64,000 nucleotides of DNA from Malacoraja senta (Eukaryota), in the NCBI GenBank assembly GCA_038087875.1, contig CM075988.1, positions 24,430,001 to 24,494,000 of the forward strand, given 5' to 3'. The notes beneath the pieces were generated by a model. That model saw only the letters and a program-made list of their open reading frames with translations. It made no database searches and was not told where the DNA came from. Positions 37,428-50,269 of this stretch are shown piece after piece. Numbering within the stretch: position 1 is the stretch's first letter; every line of letters starts with the position of its first letter. The translations under genes were made by a program, and so were the position numbers.

Positions 37428-38207
37428 AAGTAAATGGGACCTGCTAGGTAACTGGCAATGGCAAGCAGTGCTGCATATACCACTGCTTGACCCCAGCTAT
37501 TCACAAATGCATCTGGAATTTGGAGGAGGAGGGAAGTCCACATATTTCTACATTTGATGTGGATGTGAGGGGTGAAGATGATGCAAACAAGCTACAAGAT
37601 GATTTAGACAAGCTGAGTGAGGGGGTAAATACTTTGCAGATGTGCTATCGTGTGGATAAATGTAAAGCCGTCCACTTTATGAACAGAACAGAAAGGCAAT
37701 GTATCATTAAAGAGAGACAGATACACCTGGGTATCCTTGTATGCCAGAAACTGAAAGCAAAAATGCGGTTGTAGCAAATTGTTATGAAGGCAAATGATGC
37801 GATGATCTTCACTGCAAGAGATTTTAAGTTCAAGAGCAAGGCCACTTTTGTAGTCTCCGACTACATTCTATCCTTGTCCCACCCCCTCCCCTGACATCAG
37901 TCTGAAGAAGGGCCTCAACCCGAAACGTCGCCCATTCCTTCTCTCCAGAGATGCTGCCTGTCCCGCGGAGTTACTCCAGCATTTTGTATCTACCGTCACC
38001 TTTCTATATTTATATAGGATCCGTGAGAGACACGCTGTTGGTATTGTGTGCAGTTTTGGTCTCTTGTCTTAATGAAGAACGCACCTGCCATGGAGGTAGA
38101 GCAATAAAGGTTCATCGGACAGATTCCTGGATTGCACCACTATTATACGATGGGAGGATTAGGCTGATCATGCCTCTGCTCACTCAAGATTACAAAAGTG
38201 AGAGTGG

Positions 38208-38694
38208 GAGACCTTAAACGTGGAAAGAATCAGATTTTCCCTGTTGGACAAACAGGAATTATTCGTTGGAACATGGTCTCCCTTTATTGATTATTTAAAG
38301 GGTCAGAATGGTTCAGCACAGGAACCTGACTAACACTCGGGCTAAAGAATGGATGAAATGTTATACTCTGAAATGTACGAATATATCTCGAACGAAGTTT
38401 TTTATCTTAATAGATTTTTCCATTCTTCTTTAACTATCTTTTTCTTTTCTGTTTTCTTTTTTTTTTTTTTTTTTTTTTTTTCTCTCTCTTTTCTTCTCTC
38501 TCTTTTCTTTCTTTACTTCATCTATCTTTTTAGTTCTATCTAGTTTAAAAAAAACAAAAAGAGGCAAAAGGTATTGGAGACAATGTAATAATAATTGACA
38601 ATATTATCCATTTAAAAATGTAAGACTGGTCAATGATGTTAATATGTTATGTACTTATCTCCAATAAAAAATATTAAAAAAAAAAAAAAAAAAG
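38208..38694 (+). mobile_element. L1 LINE, 5'-truncated, inserted in an old CR1 (~37570-38965)
   Basis: ORF2 end ETLNVERIRFSLLDKQELFVGTWSPFIDYL; T-rich 3' UTR, AATAAA, poly(A); 14-bp TSD AAAAGTGAGAGTGG (38194-38207, 38695-38708). Confidence 0.9.
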
Positions 38695-40109
38695 AAAAGT
38701 GAGAGTGGATCTCTTGAAATCTACGGGAACCCCAACAGGGTGCATTAGACCAGATGCAAGGAGCACGTTTCATCAGCAAAATTGGAGTTTGGATCTAGTT
38801 CAAGAGGTCACATCCTCAGCATTTGCATTCACATAATTAGGTCTCAGAGGAAGATAAATGCCTTTACTTTGAGTATTTACTCAAATGATGTGAACTTGTG
38901 AAATGTTCCACCACAGAAAGTGATTGATGTCAAGTTTATTTAATGAGTTGGATAGATTTTCTATGTGACACCAGGTTAGTCAGACGCTGTCATTGCAAGG
39001 CTAACATTTATCAGAGCCTAAAATAAGACACAAAGTGCTCAGCTCAACGAAAGTTTTTTACTGTACCTCGGCACACGTGAAAATAAACTGAACTGAACTG
39101 AGCTGAACTGAGGCAGCATCTCTGGAGAACATGGATAGGTGACGTTTCAGGTCAGGGTCCTGGTTCAGACTGATTGTGTGGGTGGGGGGGAAGAAAGCAG
39201 GAAGAGAAGAGGGGCAGGATAAAGGCTGGCAGGTAATAGGTGGAATGTACAGGAAGGAGTTGCAGATGCTGGATCCAGGTGGGGGGGGGGGGGGGGAGCT
39301 GAGAGGTAGATGGTTGGATAAAGGCCAGCCACGAAATGACAGATGGTGTGAATTGAAGTGCTGTGAATTGTGAAGCTTGGAGAAGGAATGTACTGTATGT
39401 GGAAGGGAAGGGGGGGGGGGGAGAGAGAAAAGGCGCATGTCCAGGTGGGGCACTGAGGAGGGCGGGGGAGGGGATTAAAGGGGAGGGGGGGAGGGAGGTG
39501 GGGGTGGGGGTGGGGGGAGAAGTACTGTCACACTTGGTGACCTTTTACATGCTAAGCAACACCACCAACAGCAAGTGCAGCTACCCACCATTGCGGTAAA
39601 CGTTGAAAACACGCAACCCTTACTGGGAAAGAAGTGGCTGGGACAACTCTGGCTTAAAGGGAGGAATATTTTCAGCATTGATGCCTCACATAGTGACAGA
39701 TCACAAGAAAGTTTTGGCAAGATTTGCTCCACTGCCATAAGAGAGTATTATAAACTCATATGCATCAGATCAATATGTAATAAGAAAGGAACTGCAGATG
39801 TTGGTTTATACCAATGATAGACATAAAACGGCCAGGCAACATCTCTGGAGAAATGGATAGGTGATTGATAGGTGATTTCTTCTTAAGTCTGAAGAAGGGT
39901 CCCGACCCAAAACATCACCTACTGTATCCATTTTCTCCGGAGATGCTGCCTGACCCGCTGAGTTAATCCAGCATTTTGTGTCTATCATTGCATCAGATCA
40001 GATGCAAGTCACCCTAATGTAAAATCATACCAGGTGTGAGTGCACTAAAGGATCCAGATAGACCAGAGCAAGTGGCACGATTGTCACACCCAACTAAAGT
40101 TGTGCCGAA

Positions 40110-40414
40110 AGCTCCTGTCCCACTTTCCCGAGTTACTCACGAATTCTCCCGAGTTTCCCCCTTGATTCAAACTCGGAGATGCCAGCCGTAGGTACCCGGA
40201 GCTATTTTTTAAACCCGTGGACATTTTTTAACATGCTGAAAAAACGTCCCGACTTACCTGATGCCCCGTGTACCTACGGCTGGCATTACAAGCCGCTACG
40301 AAATATCTACGGACTCGCTACGGACTCCCACGGAGTCGCTACGGGCATTCTCCGAGTTTGAATCAAGGGGAAAACTCGGGAGAATTCGTAACTCGGGAAA
40401 GTGGGACAGGGGCT
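40110..40414. mobile_element. PIF/Harbinger MITE (305 bp)
   Basis: Long TIRs AGCTCCTGTCCCACTTTCCCGAGTTAC / GTAACTCGGGAAAGTGGGACAGGGGCT; flanks GAA/TAA. Confidence 0.85.
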
Positions 40415-41613
40415 TAAGTCAAAGAGTGAGACAAAGTCATGTGGCTGTGGGGGGTCTATGTGGTCACACTAAATCAACCGAAGATGATTGTAAGATATTA
40501 CAGCTTGAGCATGTAGATAGAAACAAAGCACAGGTTTTCAGTACACGCTGTTGCCAGTGTGGGTCTTTACAAAAGGACACCTCACATACTCACACATGTT
40601 CACGAGACTGATAAGATAATGAATATATCACATGACACAAATTGTACCATTCAACTACTCAGCATCTGCTCACCACTTTGCACGATTTGGATGTGCCACA
40701 GCAGGAGTAAAACTATTCACAAAATTGATCTCTCCCATATATGTGAACAACTGAAAATTTGATCGAGAGAGTCAGCAATTCCTAACCATCAACACACATA
40801 CAAACAGCTCTAATCACACACAAAGTTAGTCTGTGGAAGCATTTTATTGAGTGCACGTTATTTTTAAGCATGGGGCTATGGGATTCCTCTGGGGGACTTA
40901 TTGTGATTCAATTGGGCTGGAGAGCTGTACCTGCTTCTCAACATAGCAGATGATAGACACAAAATGCTGGAGTAACTCAGAAGGACAGGGCACATTTCTG
41001 GAGAGAAGGAATGGGTGGCGTTTTGGGTCGAGACCCTTCTTCAGAATGAAAGTCACGGGAAAGGGAAACGAGAGATATAGACGATGATGTAGAGAGATAA
41101 AGAATAATGAGTGCAAAAGGGAAACAGGCCATGGTTAGCTGTTTGTTGGGTGAAAACGAGAAGCTGGTGACATCAATCCACTGAAAAGCGATGGTGTAGA
41201 GAGGAAGCCAATAAGATGAACGATGAATCATCATTGGATGAGCAGAGGATCTCAGAACAGCTGCCCAACGTGACAGGGGGAGATGGAAAGAGAAAACAAA
41301 AGTAGTGGAAGAGAAAATGTAGATAGGGTGAAAGCACATGGGGGAATACTCAAAGGTTGAAAGAGAAGTGAGTGCCAACACTATCAGTCAATGTGTTGTA
41401 GGAAGAGCAGTATTTAAAGCAAGACTAACATTAAACAAAGACTATTTACTCACCAAACACAATGGCCTAGAAATTCAATTATACTGTTTATCTGCTTCTT
41501 TTCAGTGATTTTTTTTCTCAGCATTATGCAATTGAAAATTGAATATTTTCACGAGATATTCAATGAAGGCCATTTCTGGTATGTTTTTCATCAATCTGGA
41601 TATCTGATGAGGT

Positions 41614-41780
41614 AGACACAAAAGGCAGCATCTATGGAGAGAAGGAATTGGCGACCCAAGGGTCCCGACCCGAAATGCCGCCAATTCCTTCTCTCCATAG
41701 ATGCTGCCTCACTCGTTGAGTTTCTCCAGCATTTTGTGTCTACCATCGATTTTACCAGCATCTGCAGTTCTTTCTTAAAC
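41614..41780. mobile_element. PLE fold-back insertion
   Basis: 14-bp TSD ATATCTGATGAGGT (41600-41613, 41781-41794). Confidence 0.88.
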
Positions 41781-42349
41781 ATATCTGATGAGGTGCTTCT
41801 AGGCATTAATTACATGCCTCTGACATGATGTATTTGGTCAGAGGGTGGTGAATCTGTGGAATTAATTGCCTCAGAAGGCTGTGGAGGCTTTGTTATGCAA
41901 TGCTTGCTAGCTAGGTGCAACAGCTAGTCCTATGGGCACTACGGCCCATCCATAATGCCTGGAAAATCAAAGGCAGCATGCCTGAGATTTCCCATTTTAC
42001 ACGCCTGGCAAACATCACCAATGGCTTCTCCAGGATTAGCAATGGGTGATCCTGTGCCTATGGAACGTCTGTTGCAAAATTCAATTCCATTAACTTAATG
42101 GGAAGGTCATGTACCAGACCAGATGTAGAATGTATAGGTAAATAAATCCCTACCGCATGCTCCCTCCCCACTGTGTGTGGATATGTCCATTGTTCAACTT
42201 TAGAAGATAACTCTCCTCCACCCCTCTGACGGCATTAGTAAGACTTGTTTCACCTGTCCTTATTTGGAGACAGCTCACTGTGTGCAATAGTTTGATTGGT
42301 ATTCATAAGCAAGGCACTGTCTACTGTCTCCAATGTACAACTAACTTGT

Positions 42350-42621
42350 ACAAGAAACAGCACCTCATATTTTGCTTGGGTAGTTTACACCCCAGCAGTA
42401 TGAACATTGACTTCTCTAACTTCAGATAGCCCTTGCTTTCCCTCTCCAACCCCTTCCACTTCCCAGTTCTCCCACCAATCTTACTGTCTCCGACTACATT
42501 CTATCTTTGTCCCACCCTCTCCCCTGACATCAGTCGGAAGAAGGGTCTCGACCCAAAACGTCGCCCATTCCTTCTCTCCAGAGATGCTGCCTGTCCCGCT
42601 GAGTTACTCCAGCATTTTGTG
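42350..42621 (+). mobile_element. Penelope-like element 3' end: endonuclease C-terminus, UTR and terminal repeat
   Basis: KKQHLIFCLGSLHPSSMNIDFSNFR* (42352-42429) is the typical end of the PLE GIY-YIG ORF and runs into the hammerhead-bearing repeat; 16-bp TSD TGTACAACTAACTTGT. Confidence 0.9.
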
Positions 42622-43767
42622 TGTACAACTAACTTGTTTGTATACACCAACTTTAACATTATTGAATAGTCCAAATAGTCCCATTTTACAGTAGCATGGT
42701 CAAATAAAATTTGGCACATTAAGCCCCCTGATGCAACACTGGGACAGATAAATGAAGGCTTGCCAGACAGGTAAGTCTCAAAAGCTCATTTTTGAGAAGT
42801 TAGAGAAGAAATTCTCGAATATTGAGTGTAGGCATGCAAGACTTCTGTGGTTACAGGCAGAGCATTTAAACGGCATGAAAGCGAGGTAGTTAGCACTGGA
42901 AGAATTTATAGATCACGGAAGAGACAGAGCCATGGAATATTCTGAAAACAAGCATTTGAAAACTGACCTGTCAGCATGATATAGCTAATGGGGGCACAAA
43001 CCGTGGGTGTAGACCAGAGGAGCAGATTTTTCAGTGAGCTGGAGTTGGTGGCAATTGGATAAGGTTGCTCGACTTGATATTTAGGTGGTGCAAAGTTTCC
43101 ATGTGAGAGGGAGAGAGAGAGATTGTCAGACCCTGTTGATTAGCTGCTTTGATGCATTCAGTCTTAAGACCTCAGGACATTTGGCCTATTCATCTCTTTT
43201 CTCTTCTTCTGTGCTTCATCTTTTTCTATGAGATTGGCGGAAGGGTTAGAAAACGTTATGGGAATCGCTATTGCAGAGAAGATATTTGTGTGGAACCAAG
43301 GAAAGGGAGATCATCAATGTTCTAATGAATTGAGGGCACGAAGTAGTGCTTTGGCAATCAGCAGACACATCTTAGGTGGACGAAAATGCTGGAGAAACTC
43401 AGCGGGTGAGGCAGCATCTATGAAGCGAAGGAATAGGTGACATTTCGGGTCGAGACCCTTCTTCAGACACATCTTGCTCAGTTGTGTGCACTTATTGCTA
43501 ACTACAATATAGCATCTCAACATTTTGTTCTGCTTCTGAAATCTGGCCTTTTGACGTTTTTTTCAAATTGAATCTCATAGCAGGGTTATGGCAAGCAGTT
43601 GCTGCAATATATATATATATATCTGTGTGTGTGTGAGTGTGGGAAGGAAATGCAGATGCTGGTTTACACTGAAGATCGACACAAAAAGCTGAAGTAACTC
43701 AGCGTGAAAGGCAGCATCTCTGGAGATAAGGAATTGGTGACATTTTGGGTTGAGAGCCTTCTTCAGA

Positions 43768-43924
43768 TGTGTGTGTGTGCGTGCGTGCGTGTGTGCGTGC
43801 GTGCGTGCGTGTGTGTGTACGTGTGTGCGTTCGTGCGTGTGTGTGTGTACGTGCGTGCGTGCGTGTGTGTGTGCGTACGTGCGTGTGTGTGTGTACGTGC
43901 GTGCGTGCATGTGTGTGTGTGTGT
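43768..43924. repeat. (GT)n/(GCGT)n microsatellite
   Basis: Directly visible. Confidence 0.95.
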
Positions 43925-44624
43925 TTACATATACAGACATATAAAATATATAATTGAATGTTGTTGAATTAATTGAATGTAATTGAATTAAATATTCAAG
44001 AGGGTTAATTTCTGTAGCCCATGAATAGGACTGAGCAAAATTAAAAACTAACATGCTTTTGGTAATGCACGTTAAACATTTTGCATCTTAATTGTGCATC
44101 CATATGCACAGATCTACAGTATATTGTGCAAAATAATTAATTGTGAATTCAATCCCCTCCCACCCTCTCCCCATCTGCTATGCACATCCAAACCTTCATT
44201 CAACCTCACGAACAAATCCAAAATGTGGATAGACCCCTGTACCATTACCCTGCCCATTCACGTATTCTAACTCAACAATTATATAGGTTCTCTAGATACA
44301 ATCCAAAGCTCTGCCTTCAATAAAAGATAAAACTGCCCCAAAAGTGATCTCCAGTGGCAACAATACTCAATTAGAATGACTCTATGGTAAATGAAATTCC
44401 TCGTATGTTGCAAAACATATTTGGCTAATAAAGTATTATTATGATTATGATTAAAAGAGAAAGAGTTTGTCTTCACCAGCAATACTGAACCTGAGAAATG
44501 ACCGAGGAACATCTGAACATAAATTGTCAATGGACTTAAGTGTTCAAGTTATAACAGATTGGGATACGTTGCAGAAGGAACAAGTGAAAGTTTACACAAG
44601 GACAGAAATGACCACTAATGTCAG

Positions 44625-44995
44625 CGCTGCCCTCAAATTCACTTGGATCTACTCTGCCACCCATTCCCCTTTCTTGATCTCTCTGCCTCCACCACAGGGG
44701 ATAGACTATCGACTGACATCTCCACCAAATCTACCGACTCCCACAGTCATCTGGACTACGCACTTCCTCCTACCCTGCCTCTTGCAATGACGCTATTCCC
44801 TACTATTCACCCCCCCCCCAACTTTTCCCAGCACACCACCTGGACTCACACCTAGACTACATTCCTTCATCTAGCTTCACAATTCGCAACTCTTCAATCC
44901 TTTTGTCTCACACCTGAGATGCCTGACCCGCTGAGCTACTCCAACACTTTGTGTCTTTTTTTGGTAAACCCGCACCTGCAGTTCCTTGTTACTAC
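44625..44995 (+). mobile_element. Penelope-like RT fragment plus 3' remnant
   Basis: ALKFTW, PFLDL, GDRLSTDI...TDSHSHLDY motifs across frameshifts. Confidence 0.8.
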
Positions 44996-45879
44996 AGAAA
45001 TTCCTGTCTCTGTTGCCATTATATCAAGTGTACTTTTATTGATCTGAAGTGAGTTGAGCCTTGTACCCAATTTACATTACACCTTGTGTCAGATACAGGG
45101 CACATGTTGACCCTGTGATGGAAACACACACTGTGACAAGTGGACAGAAAATCAGTGGGTGAGTCAAATCTGCAAGGTCCTGACATGACTTCAGAATGAG
45201 TTTCCATTGTAGCCTGATCACTCCCATTGATATTAGAATTCTTACAGAGAACCTAGCATAAACCAGCAGCTATTTCATACTGATTCCATGAACTGTACTC
45301 GTTATTGAATAAAATCATCAGATTTGGACACAGTAATTACTGCCTTTTGATGGACATCAAAGGTCTTTACAGGCAAAACACTGAGCCAATTATAATTAGA
45401 CTGCAAAATAATTGACAGTTTTCTGTCCGTTTATTGGCAGCATATCTTCACTCTTGTTCTCTGTAAATATATTTCAGTAAGAATACCCACCAATCCACAG
45501 ATTATGGAGGCACAAGAGACAGCAGAGGCTGAAATCTGGAGGGAAAAAAAAGCAGAAGTGCTGGAGGAACTCAGCAGGTCGGGTAGCATCTCAGGAGCAA
45601 ATGGAAAGTTGACATTTTGGGGTCGTGACCCTTTATTTAGATCGTCAGATAATGTAATTGCAGATTATGTGGAACAATCGTCAGGAATTGTTAGCTATAA
45701 CAATGATGAGAAGCTTGTGCTGCTTTAATTTTATATTCCACTTCCATGTCTCTTTGCGGACGGCAATGGTTAGGCAGTTCAGCAGAATCACCGGTGGATT
45801 GGGAGTATAAAATAAAATGGCCAGAATCTGAATCCTGTGTGTGTGGTTGAACTTTGGAATATAATGGAGGGTGAGTGAG

Positions 45880-46072
45880 AATATGAAGACAAAGCGACAG
45901 CACCGTAAGGAGAGAGAGAAGGGGGCTGGATGACTACCAACCACCACCAGTCTCCACTGCCCACGTTGCACCAAGGTGTGTGGATCGCGGATCGGCCTTT
46001 ACAGACATCTGCAGACCCACAAGTAGACGACCCTATGGAGAGGAAGGGAGTGACCGCAAATGATCATGATGA
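45880..46072 (+). mobile_element. RTE-clade LINE 3' end
   Basis: KRQHRKER...CPRCTKVCGSRIGLYRHLQTHK* C-terminal C2H2 motif, short UTR, TGA-type tail. Confidence 0.8.
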
Positions 46073-46081
46073 AGGAGAGTG

Positions 46082-46592
46082 CATATAAAGACATTAGAAA
46101 TACTTTTCCGAGTTAGGAATAAAAGCCTTCCTGTTAGTATTCAAAAAAAAATTAAATTAAGAGAAGGACATTATAATTTAAGTGGGTTGTGTATTTTCGA
46201 AACATGTGTCTCAGTTTTGGGAGTCAAATTATGGAACGGGCTCAGTGATGAGTTGAAATTTTGTAGCTCTCTGTCGAGTTTCAAAAAAGCCTTAAAATGT
46301 AAAATAATTAAGACTTATAATGTAAAATGATTAAAATGTAAAATAAGTAAGGATTACAATTTAGAGTAAATTTTATTTTTTTTCTTTCCTTTGTAATGCT
46401 GATATTCTGGGTTATTTTATGGATTGTATAGGATGGGCGAAAATAAGCTTTGTGGCTTCAGCCTATTCCTTTTTCGGTCATTGATTATGTGAACGTTGTG
46501 TGAAATGGATACAGTGTTGGTTCATATTCACACAGATTGTAAAGTTTGGTTCTTTTTAATGTATGACCGAAATAAACATATTCATTCATTCA
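46082..46592 (+). mobile_element. L2-group (Crack/Daphne-like) LINE 3' end
   Basis: LGVKLWNGLSDELKFCSSLSSFKKALK; AATAAA plus (CATT)n tail. Confidence 0.75.
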
Positions 46593-46601
46593 TGAATGAA
46601 T

Positions 46602-47210
46602 GAGGTTCTACTGCAGTTGTACGGGGTCTTGGTGAGACCACACCTGGAGTATTGCGTACAGTTTTGGTCTCCAAATCTGAGGAAAGACATTCTTGCCATA
46701 GAGGGAGTACAGAGAAGGTTCACCAGACTGATTGCTGGGATGGCAGGACTTTCATATGAGGAAAGACTGGATAGACTCGGCTTGCACACGTTGGAATTCA
46801 GAAGACTGAGGGGGGATCTTATAGAAACTTACACAATTCTTAAGGGGTTGGACAGGCTAGATGCAGGAAGATTATTCCCGATGTTGGGGAAGTCCAGGAC
46901 TCGGGGTCACAGTTTAAGGATAAGAGGGAAGACTTTTAGGACCGAGATGAGGAAATCATTTTTTACACAGAGAGTGGTGAATCTGTGGAATTCTCTGCCA
47001 CAGAAGGTAGTTGAGGCCAGTTCATTGGCTATATTTAAGAGGGAGTTAGATGTGGCCCTTGTGGCTAAAGGGATCAGGGGGTATGGAGAGAAGGCAGGGA
47101 TGGGATACTGAGTTGGATGATCAGCCATGATCATATCAAATGGCGGTGCAGGCTCGAAGGGCCGAATGGCCTAATCCTGCACCTATTTTCTATGTTTCTA
47201 TGTTTCTATG
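46602..47210 (+). mobile_element. CR1 LINE 3' fragment
   Basis: 171-aa open ORF2 end LVRPHLEYCVQFWSP...GIRGYGEKAG; (TTTCTATG)n tail. Confidence 0.95.
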
Positions 47211-47296
47211 AAGGAGAGTGAAAATAGGACAGAGGATGAACGAGATTGTGGCAGTGCAAGTGAAAGGTTTGATAGTAATCACTCTGGTAGTAATGA

Positions 47297-47613
47297 AGGT
47301 AGACGCAAAATGCTGGAGTAACTCAGCAGGACAGGCAGCATCTCTGGATAGAGGGAATGAGTGATGTTTCGGGTCGAGGCCCTTCAAGAAAGAGGGAGTT
47401 ACAGAGATGGGTGTAAGAGATCAAAAGGGATGCAGATGAAGGAAAATGTAAAATAGACCATTGTTAGCTCAGAGAAGGTGACAACCAAGCAGAGATACCA
47501 TGTAATCAGAGGGACAGTCTAACTGGTTGGATAACTGGGAAGGGGGAGGGATGGAGAGAGAGGGAAAGCAAGGGTTACTTGAAGTTTGAGAAATCAATAT
47601 TCATACCGCTGGA
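47297..47613 (-). mobile_element. Penelope-like element 3' end
   Basis: SGMNIDFSNFK* followed by UTR and terminal repeat on the minus strand. Confidence 0.8.
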
Positions 47614-47792
47614 GTTAGTAATGTTAGTGCTGTTGGTTAGTAATAAAACAATTTTTCTGTCTCAGTATGTCATGTGTAGGTGGGTAAGACCAAGACATTG
47701 AGGAGATCTAGGGCATTCATCCATCACACCCACTGCACCATTTCAATAAAATCAGGACTAATCTTTTACCTCAACACCTTTAATAACTCATG

Positions 47793-48091
47793 CAGCACGG
47801 TTGCGCAGTGGTAGAGTTGCTGCCTTGCAGAGCCAGAGACCTGGGTTCAATCCTGACTATGGCTGCTGACTGTACGGAGTTTGTACCTTCTCCCCGTGAC
47901 CTGCGTGGATTTTCTTCAGTTTCCTCCCACAATCCAAAGATGTACAGGTTTGCAGGTTAATTGGCTTGATATAATTGTAAATTGTCCCTAGTGTGTGTAG
48001 GATAGTGTAAGTGTGCAGGGATCGCTGGTCGGCACGAACTCGGTGGGCCGAAGGGCCCTTTTCCGTGTGGTATCTTTAAACTAAACTAAAC
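47793..48091 (+). mobile_element. HE1-type V-SINE
   Basis: Head GCAGCACGGTTGCGCAGTGGTAGAG, V-domain, (AAACT)n tail. Confidence 0.9.
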
Positions 48092-49404
48092 TCTGGAAAA
48101 AACTTGATTCCCTTCATACCTAAACCCAGATGATCTCAGTCTTAAATATACTCAACAAGCAAGAGTCTGTGGCTCACTAGGTAACATATTCCAACATATT
48201 TCTTATTTTAATCTTCAATAGCCGACTATTATTTTGAAACTGCAGCACGTGGCTCTGGAAACCCAGCCGGGGGAAATGTCATCTCCCTGTCTACCCAGTC
48301 AAGCCCCTTACAAATTTCAATGATTATCTCTCAATCTTTTGAATTCTAAAATACAAAGATCCCAGTTCCTTAAGCTTCCCTCGTTGAACAAAGTCCCAAG
48401 GCAAGGTTTAGAACCTGCCTTTGTTGCATTTCCTCTACCAGAAGTACAGGCTTTGCTCAGCTGGGAGACCCAATTTGTACATAATATTCCAGTGCAGATT
48501 CACCAGGGCCCATTGTAATGGAAATGCAGTCAAAATGTTGTGTATACTGGTCCGAATCATACGTGGAGTGTGGGAATTTGAATCAGAATGGATAGGGTCT
48601 GAATCTGGACTTTGGAATGTAATAAGGAACAAGAAAAAAGTATTGTTTACTTTTCTAATTGCTTGCTGTACTTTAAGTGTGTTTTTTTTAATATATACAA
48701 GGACACATAGATCCCTCTGAACAGGATATCCTGTTGATAGTTGGTACATGTGACAATCTCAAAAAAACTTCCCGCACAGTCACAGATAAAAATACCATCA
48801 AATCTGCAAACTGGTGGAATCAGCATTGCTTTGCCAGACATTTTGCATTATTAAACCCATAAATGGTTTTCCTCCTACACATGAGTTGCAGTGGGGTGGG
48901 GTGCTGAATCAAAATGTCTCATCCAGGCTGTGGAGATCAACCACTGTGGCCCTTGTTGCCAGGCTAGAAGGATGATGACTTAATGTCTCCCCATTTGCAC
49001 CAGAAGCCATTATGCCGCGGAGTGTGTCGAGGTTGGGATTAGAGTCAAAGCCTCTTAAGGTAAATTCCCTGGAGGATTTTGGAAGACTGGGGAAGTCATG
49101 CATTATGTAACCAAGCCATACACAGCAACTGTAACTACTGGCCTATGCTGCATTAGCACAAGCATTTCAATGATCAATTGATCAATGAACGATGTATTCT
49201 CAAAGCTTGAGACTCTGAGAGCTCACACACCATCTTAATACAACTATTCTTCACTCAAGGCTGCCCTAATCATTGCCAATGAAGAGCCTAAAGGGAAAAG
49301 GTAACCCTGGAAATTGATAACCTCATCATGCGAAGAAATAGCCAATGCAACCCAGTGAATGAACTGTTTGCACAATTCTCTAGTTCCGTCTCGGTGAGTA
49401 TCTC

Positions 49405-49686
49405 ACAAGGTTATGGGCTCAACTTCCACTTCACAGAGCCAAGCCTTATTATCCAGGCTGATGTTCCTAATGTTGGAGGAGCCTCTTTCAGATGAGATGT
49501 TAAATCATTGCTCAACATCGTCTTTCATGTGGAGGTGACATTTTAATTGGCACTTTGAAGAAGTGCTGCCGGCTTCCTCCCATATCTGGCCTATGTATAC
49601 CACTCATTGAATGCTCCTGGAAAAAACAGAGCGTTAATTTATTGTGGTTTCTGAGAGTTTCTACATTTCAACAGGAGCTACACTTA
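49405..49686 (+). mobile_element. Ancient DeuSINE (SacSINE1/AmnSINE1-like) remnant
   Basis: Deu-domain-like CCAGGCTGA..., GGAGGAGCCTCTTTCAGATGAGATGTTAAA, TGGCACTTTGAAGAAG, CTACATTTCAACAGGAGCTACACTT; resumes at ~49943 after the nested SINE. Confidence 0.65.
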
Positions 49687-49934
49687 GTTTAGTTTAGTTT
49701 AGTTTAGAGGGACAGCACGGAAACTCATACTCGCAGCATGGTCGTCACGAGGTCGTAAGTAGGTCGTAGATAGGTCATGATGCTAGTCGTAGGTACTCGT
49801 GGCATCAAGTAGGTCGGGGCGTTTTTTCTAGCCTGATGAGAAATGTCCACGAGTAAAAAAGGTCGTGAATTAGGTCGTGAAAGTGGGACAGGCCCTTAAG
49901 GCAGCAACTCTACCGCTGTGCCACCGTGCTGCCC
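49687..49934 (-). mobile_element. HE1 SINE ends enclosing a truncated Harbinger MITE (~49724-49896)
   Basis: SINE tail, then MITE sequence ending AAGTGGGACAGGCCCT|TAA, then SINE head; internal deletion. Confidence 0.8.
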
Positions 49935-50269
49935 AAATGCCGTACACTTCAAAAATATAGTAAAGAGAAATCCTGATGCCAAGCAAAATGTTGACAAATT
50001 AATTTGCTTTTATTTCTTTTCTTTCATCTCCATCTCACATTCCTGATGATCACATTCCTGACGGGGATTCCTCTCTGCTGGACATTGTTCAGTTTCTCTG
50101 CAAAGCTGCTGTCACGTGCAGCCATGCACCCGAGCGCTGCCTGTGTGATGGATGGTGCCAGCTCCAACCTTTACTGGCAAACATTAAGTCAAATGTGGGC
50201 AGCGTGAGTAATAACTAGCGGCAGTTCCATGAGGTTTCAAACAATGCAGCTCAGTACGACTGCTTTCAG

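Noticed and set aside
37114..37557. 147-aa and 141-aa ORFs (ET/RQ and LS repeats)
   Set aside because: Translations of a (GAGACA)n microsatellite.
41938..42068. Possible minus-strand exon RSIGTGSPIANPGEAIGDVCQACKMG...
   Set aside because: Acceptable acceptor, but no convincing partner exons or recognisable homology.
43575..44054. His/Thr and Cys/Val-rich ORFs
   Set aside because: GT/GC microsatellite plus PLE repeat.
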